From the NCBI GenBank assembly GCA_002104905.1, contig MCFE01000797.1:1-35042 (forward strand): a DNA stretch of 35,042 nucleotides, in the 5' to 3' direction. Within the stretch, counting starts at the first letter, position 1. Each line of letters starts with the position of its first letter. The stretch is from Basidiobolus meristosporus CBS 931.73. Taxonomy: Eukaryota; Fungi; Basidiobolomycota. Under the pieces are notes generated by a model. The model saw only the letters and a list, made by a program, of their open reading frames with translations. It ran no database searches and was not told where the DNA came from. Positions 30,653-35,042 of this stretch are shown here, piece by piece. Made by a program: the position numbers and the translations under genes.

Positions 30653-33600
30653 TGTTGAAATATTGGACTATTTGGTATCATTCAGCAGCTAAAAATTTAC
30701 TTAACCATTCTAGGCTAGTCTTAGTCACTGTAGGACTCATTTACTGCCTTAACTTTGCCACTTTCTCCAGATATATAATCTTATGATTATTCCCCTATAG
30801 TCAGGATCGAATTAGCACTATTACCAAACATTATGTACTAACCCTGAAACTGTTACAGAATGCTCCTGAATATTGAGAAGCCCTCCCTACTTAGTGTTGC
30901 AGCTGTATTACTTCTACAAAGGTATAAATACTGAGCTTCTTTATGAATAAACAACAGTTCAACTATTATCACTATTTCTTGATAAGTTCCTTATATCCAA
31001 ATCACTTCTTAAATTGCAACAGGTTATGAGCCCCGATTGCCTTAATCTATTCTAAAGATGACTTCTACCAGCAAACAAAGCAATACCAACATCTTCCCTG
31101 TAAAGGAGAGGTTTGATGGGAAGAACTACAGACTTTGGAGAATCAAGATGCAGATCCACCTTGAGGAAAGAAAGCTTTGGAACATAGTAACAGGAAAGGA
31201 AGTTGACTCCAAAGAAACAGCAGAAGATGTGGAGAAGTTTCAAGAGAAGGAGAGAAAGGCCTTCAATGCAATATGCATCAATGTGCAAGACTCCTTCATT
31301 GGACAAATCCATGCCTCAAATACTGCCAAAGCAGCATGGGAATCCTTAGAGAAGATCTTTAGAGCAAAGTCAGTATCAAGCAAGCTTTATTTGAAACGAA
31401 AGTTCTTCAACATGTGAAAAAAGCCAGATAATGACATGCTACAACTCATTACCAGAATGGAGACACTTGCAGAAGAACTTTACAGTATTAATGCTGGTGT
31501 AGATGATGAAGAAACGATACTCTGACTGCTTTGCAGCCTACCAGACGAGTATGGGCCACTCATACTTTCTTTTGAAAGCAGAGAAGACAACTTGACTTTA
31601 GACTATGTCAAAGGAAGACTTCTCCATGAAGAACTCAGACGTAATGATCAAGCAGAGAAAATTGAAGATAATGCTTTATTCAGTTCAGAAAGGTATACAG
31701 AAAAGAAGGGAAAGCAACAAAACCAAAGAAATCCTGGCTGCTGTAACTACTGTAAGAAGCCAGGACACTGGGCAAGAGAATGCAAGAAGAAACAAGCAGA
31801 CAAAAAACAGAAACTAGAGCAGGCAAACCATATAACTACTGATGAACAGCTATTTGACACTGTACAAGAGAGTGCAAGTAACCAAAGTAATGAATGGTAT
31901 ATTGACTCTGGAGCATCACAGCATATTTGTGGTATAAAGGATTGGTTCAGCAATTTAAAGACTATTCCCGTAAGAAAGGTTTATCTGGGAGATAACTCTG
32001 CATTAGAAGCTACCGCCAGTGGGTCTATACAACTAAATATGAGTGATAACTCAGGGGCAACAACAGCAAAACTAACTGACGTACTCTATGTACCTGGAAT
32101 AGCTAAGAACCTACTCTCAGTCAGTAAAGCAACTACTCAGGGACTGAAATTTGTTTTTACTAAGCTGAGCTGCTCAATATTGAGTGAAAATGGACAAAAA
32201 TTAGCTTTGGGAATCAGAGATCACAATATGTACAAATTACAATGCAAGATCATTGTACCTGAGTACGTCAACATTGCTGAAACTGATGAAACCAACTGGG
32301 AGACATGGCATAGGAGGCTAGGACACATAGGGGAACAGAAAATGAGCCAATTAGTGAAAAATCAGCTTGTTTTGGGCCTAAAATACTCAATTCCAATCAA
32401 ACTGAATGTTTGTAAGGGATGTTCATATGGCAAACAGGCTAGGCAACGTTTCAAGAGCTCAGAAGGCATCAATATCACCAAAATATCAGCTATTGTACAC
32501 TCAGACATGTGTGGCCCCATGAGAACACTGTGCTCTGGAGCCAAGAGATACTTTATGATGTTTATTGATGACAAGACAAGATATACATGGGTGTACTTCC
32601 TCAAAACAAAGGATGAAGCTTTAGAGACGTTTAAGCACTTCAAGAACATGGCAGATGCACAAACTGGGTGTAAATTGAAGGTACTACACAGTGACAATGG
32701 AGGAGAATACTGCTCAAAGGAGTTTGCAAAATACTGCTTGTCTACTGGTATACTTCAAAAGACCACAGTTCCTCATAATCCACAGCAAAATGGAGTAGCA
32801 GAACGTGCAAATAGAACAATAGTAGAGATGGGAAGATCTATGCTACATGATAAGGGAATGGACTACAAGTTTTGGGCTGAATCTGTTGCTACCGCTGTAT
32901 ACATCAAGAACAGATGCCCAACAACAGCACTACGTGATTCTACACCCTTTGAAGCATATACAGGCAAAAAACCAGATCTCCAGCACATCAGGATCTTTGG
33001 CAGTGATGTTTTTTATCACATCCCTGACAAAAAACGCTGAAAGTTGGAACCAAAGAGTAGAAAAGGGATCTTTCTTGGGTATTGTGAAGATACTAAAGGG
33101 TATAGAGTGTATGATGGCGAAATTCAGAAGCTGATCAAGAGCAGGGACGTTGTATTTGAGGAAAATTCAGATCAGAAAGCCACAGAAATCATTGGCCAGC
33201 TGCCTGATGATGCAATCAACACAAATGAAGAAGATACGTACCAAATCCAGCCAGAGATGGAATACTTCTACCAGTTCCAGATCAGAACAGATTATCCCAG
33301 TTAGGAGATATACCAGAATAAGAAATGCCCCTGGATCCTGGTGGCAGACATCCAATGATCATGAAGAAGCTTATCTTGCCTTATGTGCCAAACCTCAGAA
33401 TCTGGAGCAGGCAATGCAAGGTCCAGATGCTACTAAGTGGCAACAAGCCATGCAGGAGGAGTACCAATCACTGATCAAGGCAAAAACGTGGGAACTGGTA
33501 GATTTACCAAATGTGAGAAAGCCAATAGGATGTAGATGGGTCTACAAGATCAAGATAACCTCAAATGGTGCCGTTGATAGGTACAAGGCTAGATTGTTAG

Positions 33601-35042
33601 CTAAAGGCTATTCCCAGATCCAGGGACTAGACTTTAAGGAAACATTTGCTCTGGTTGCCAAGTTTAACTCTATTAGGACAGTTCTAGCCCTGGCAGCTGT
33701 ACACAGTCTAGATCTACACCAAATGGACGTCAAAACAGCCTTTCTTAATGGGGATTTGCAAGAAACTATATATATGGAGCAACCAGAAGGTTTTACCAAT
33801 CCAAAAAGCCCCCATAAGGTGTGCAAACTTAGAAAATCGTTGTATGGACTTAAGCAGGCACCCAGAGCATGGTATAACAAGATTGACACATATCTAGAGG
33901 AAATTGGGTTCTCTTGTAGCACTGCAGATCACAGTATATATGTGAAACAGCTCAAAAAGGGTGAGATCATCCTAGTTCTTTATGTGGACGACCTAATTAT
34001 AGCTACAAGTGATCAAGAGGCACTTAAACAGACAAAATCAGATCTCTTCAGCAAGTTTGAGATGAAAGATCTTGGAAAATTGAGCTATTTTCTTGGAATT
34101 GAGGTCAAATTAGACATACCTACGCAGAAAATTGTGATGAATCAGTCTAAGTACATCAAGGACATTCTTAGACGCTTCAAAATGGAAAATTGCAAACCTG
34201 CAGCAACCCCTATGGACAATAACCTCAAATTAAGCAAATCTCAGCCAGTTATAGATGAAAACGGCTCAAATATGGACCAAAACTTTCCCTATCAATCAAT
34301 GGTTGGTAGCCTAATGTTCTTGATGGTGTCTACACGTCCAGATATTGCAGTAGCAGTTGGAATAGTCAGTCAATTCATGAAGAATTATGTATCAGATCAA
34401 ATTGCAGCAGTTAAGCGGATTTTCAGATATCTACAAGGTACCATAAATATGGTACTGGAATACTCTGGAGCAGCTAATAGGCAAAAATTTGATGGTTATA
34501 GTGATTCAGATTGGGGTAGGGATTTGATTGACAGACGCTCTACCACAGGCTATGTATTTCTTTATGCTGGTGCAGCTATTACTTGGAATTGCAAGAAACA
34601 ACCAACTGTGGCACTATCTACAACTGAAGCCAAATATATGGCTGCATGTCAAGCAACTAAGGAGGCTATATGGCTACAAAAATTATTCAAAGACTTAGGT
34701 TTTAATTCAGGTGAACCAACATGTATTTACAAGAATAATCAAAGTTGTATTTCATTAGCTAGAAATCCTACTAATCATGCCAGAACTAAGCACATTGATA
34801 TACAGCATCACTTTGTGAGGGAAGCTGTAGAAAATAACTTAGTAGAGCTGGTTTACTGCCCAACTGACAAAATGGTGGCAGACATATTGACAAAACCACT
34901 AGCTAGGCCACAGTTTGAGATCCTTAGAGGGAAATTGGGATTAAGAAATTATTTAGTTGAGGGGGAGTGTTGAAATATTGGGCTATTTGGTATCATTCAG
35001 CAGCTAGAAATTTACTTAACAATTCGAGGCTAGTCTTAGTCA
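30653..35042 (+). mobile_element. Copia family 2 element (copy F), near-complete; 3' LTR cut by the window edge
   Basis: 5' LTR 30653-31021 (TGTTG...CAACA); PBS GGTTATGAGCCC 31022-31033; PPT GAGGGGGAG 34959-34967; 3' LTR starts 34968 (4 differences in 75 bp); left flank AAGGC lies inside E's RT. Confidence 0.95.
31058..34973 (+). pseudogene. Copia F gag-pol; 3 in-frame TGA stops and one +1 frame offset between IN and RT
   Basis: ORFs 31058-31417, 31592-33040 and 33044-33304 share a frame; 33150-34973 (RT/RH: QMDVKTAFLNG, LYVDD, GYSDSDWG) is +1. The stop lies inside the 3' LTR. Confidence 0.93.

Noticed and set aside
33295-33304. CCC AGT T(AG) as a Ty3-like +1 frameshift site
   Set aside because: The IIPV motif shared with family A is already in the +1 frame upstream of it, and copy E has CAC; the shift point is probably earlier.
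1-35042. CRISPR arrays, rRNA/tRNA genes or prokaryotic operons
   Set aside because: None seen; all long repeats are LTRs or transposon arms, and the PBS motifs are tRNA complements, not tRNA genes.

Overview
This is eukaryotic (most likely fungal) genomic DNA. The first 129 bp hold the 5' end of a host calnexin-like gene on the - strand, with an exact CCAAT-N9-CCACG (ERSE consensus) about 240 bp upstream. Almost everything from ~1.4 kb to the end is one deeply nested transposon cluster that can be unpicked with target-site duplications (TSDs). The scaffold is a decayed CACTA/EnSpm (CMC) DNA-transposon family with CCCTATGA(A/G)AAATAATT termini; one copy is complete at 8410-26455 with a TGC TSD, and there are 4-5 partial copies. 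Inserted into it are: (i) four insertions of one Ty1/copia family (full-ORF element 3167-7853, degenerate element 8519-20336, solo LTRs 17893-18242 and 22328-22675); (ii) a Ty3/gypsy element (12035-19162) carrying an unexplained ~390-codon third ORF after pol; (iii) two copies of a second copia family (27501-30652 and 30653->35042), the younger inside the older. Both copia families have a half-tRNA-iMet type primer site (GGTTATGAGCCC). Old repeats are strongly CpG-depleted, and the gypsy element is inactivated mostly by in-frame TGA stops consistent with CGA>TGA. No rRNA, tRNA or CRISPR features were seen. Identities are manual counts and homologies are recognised from motifs; no database search was run.
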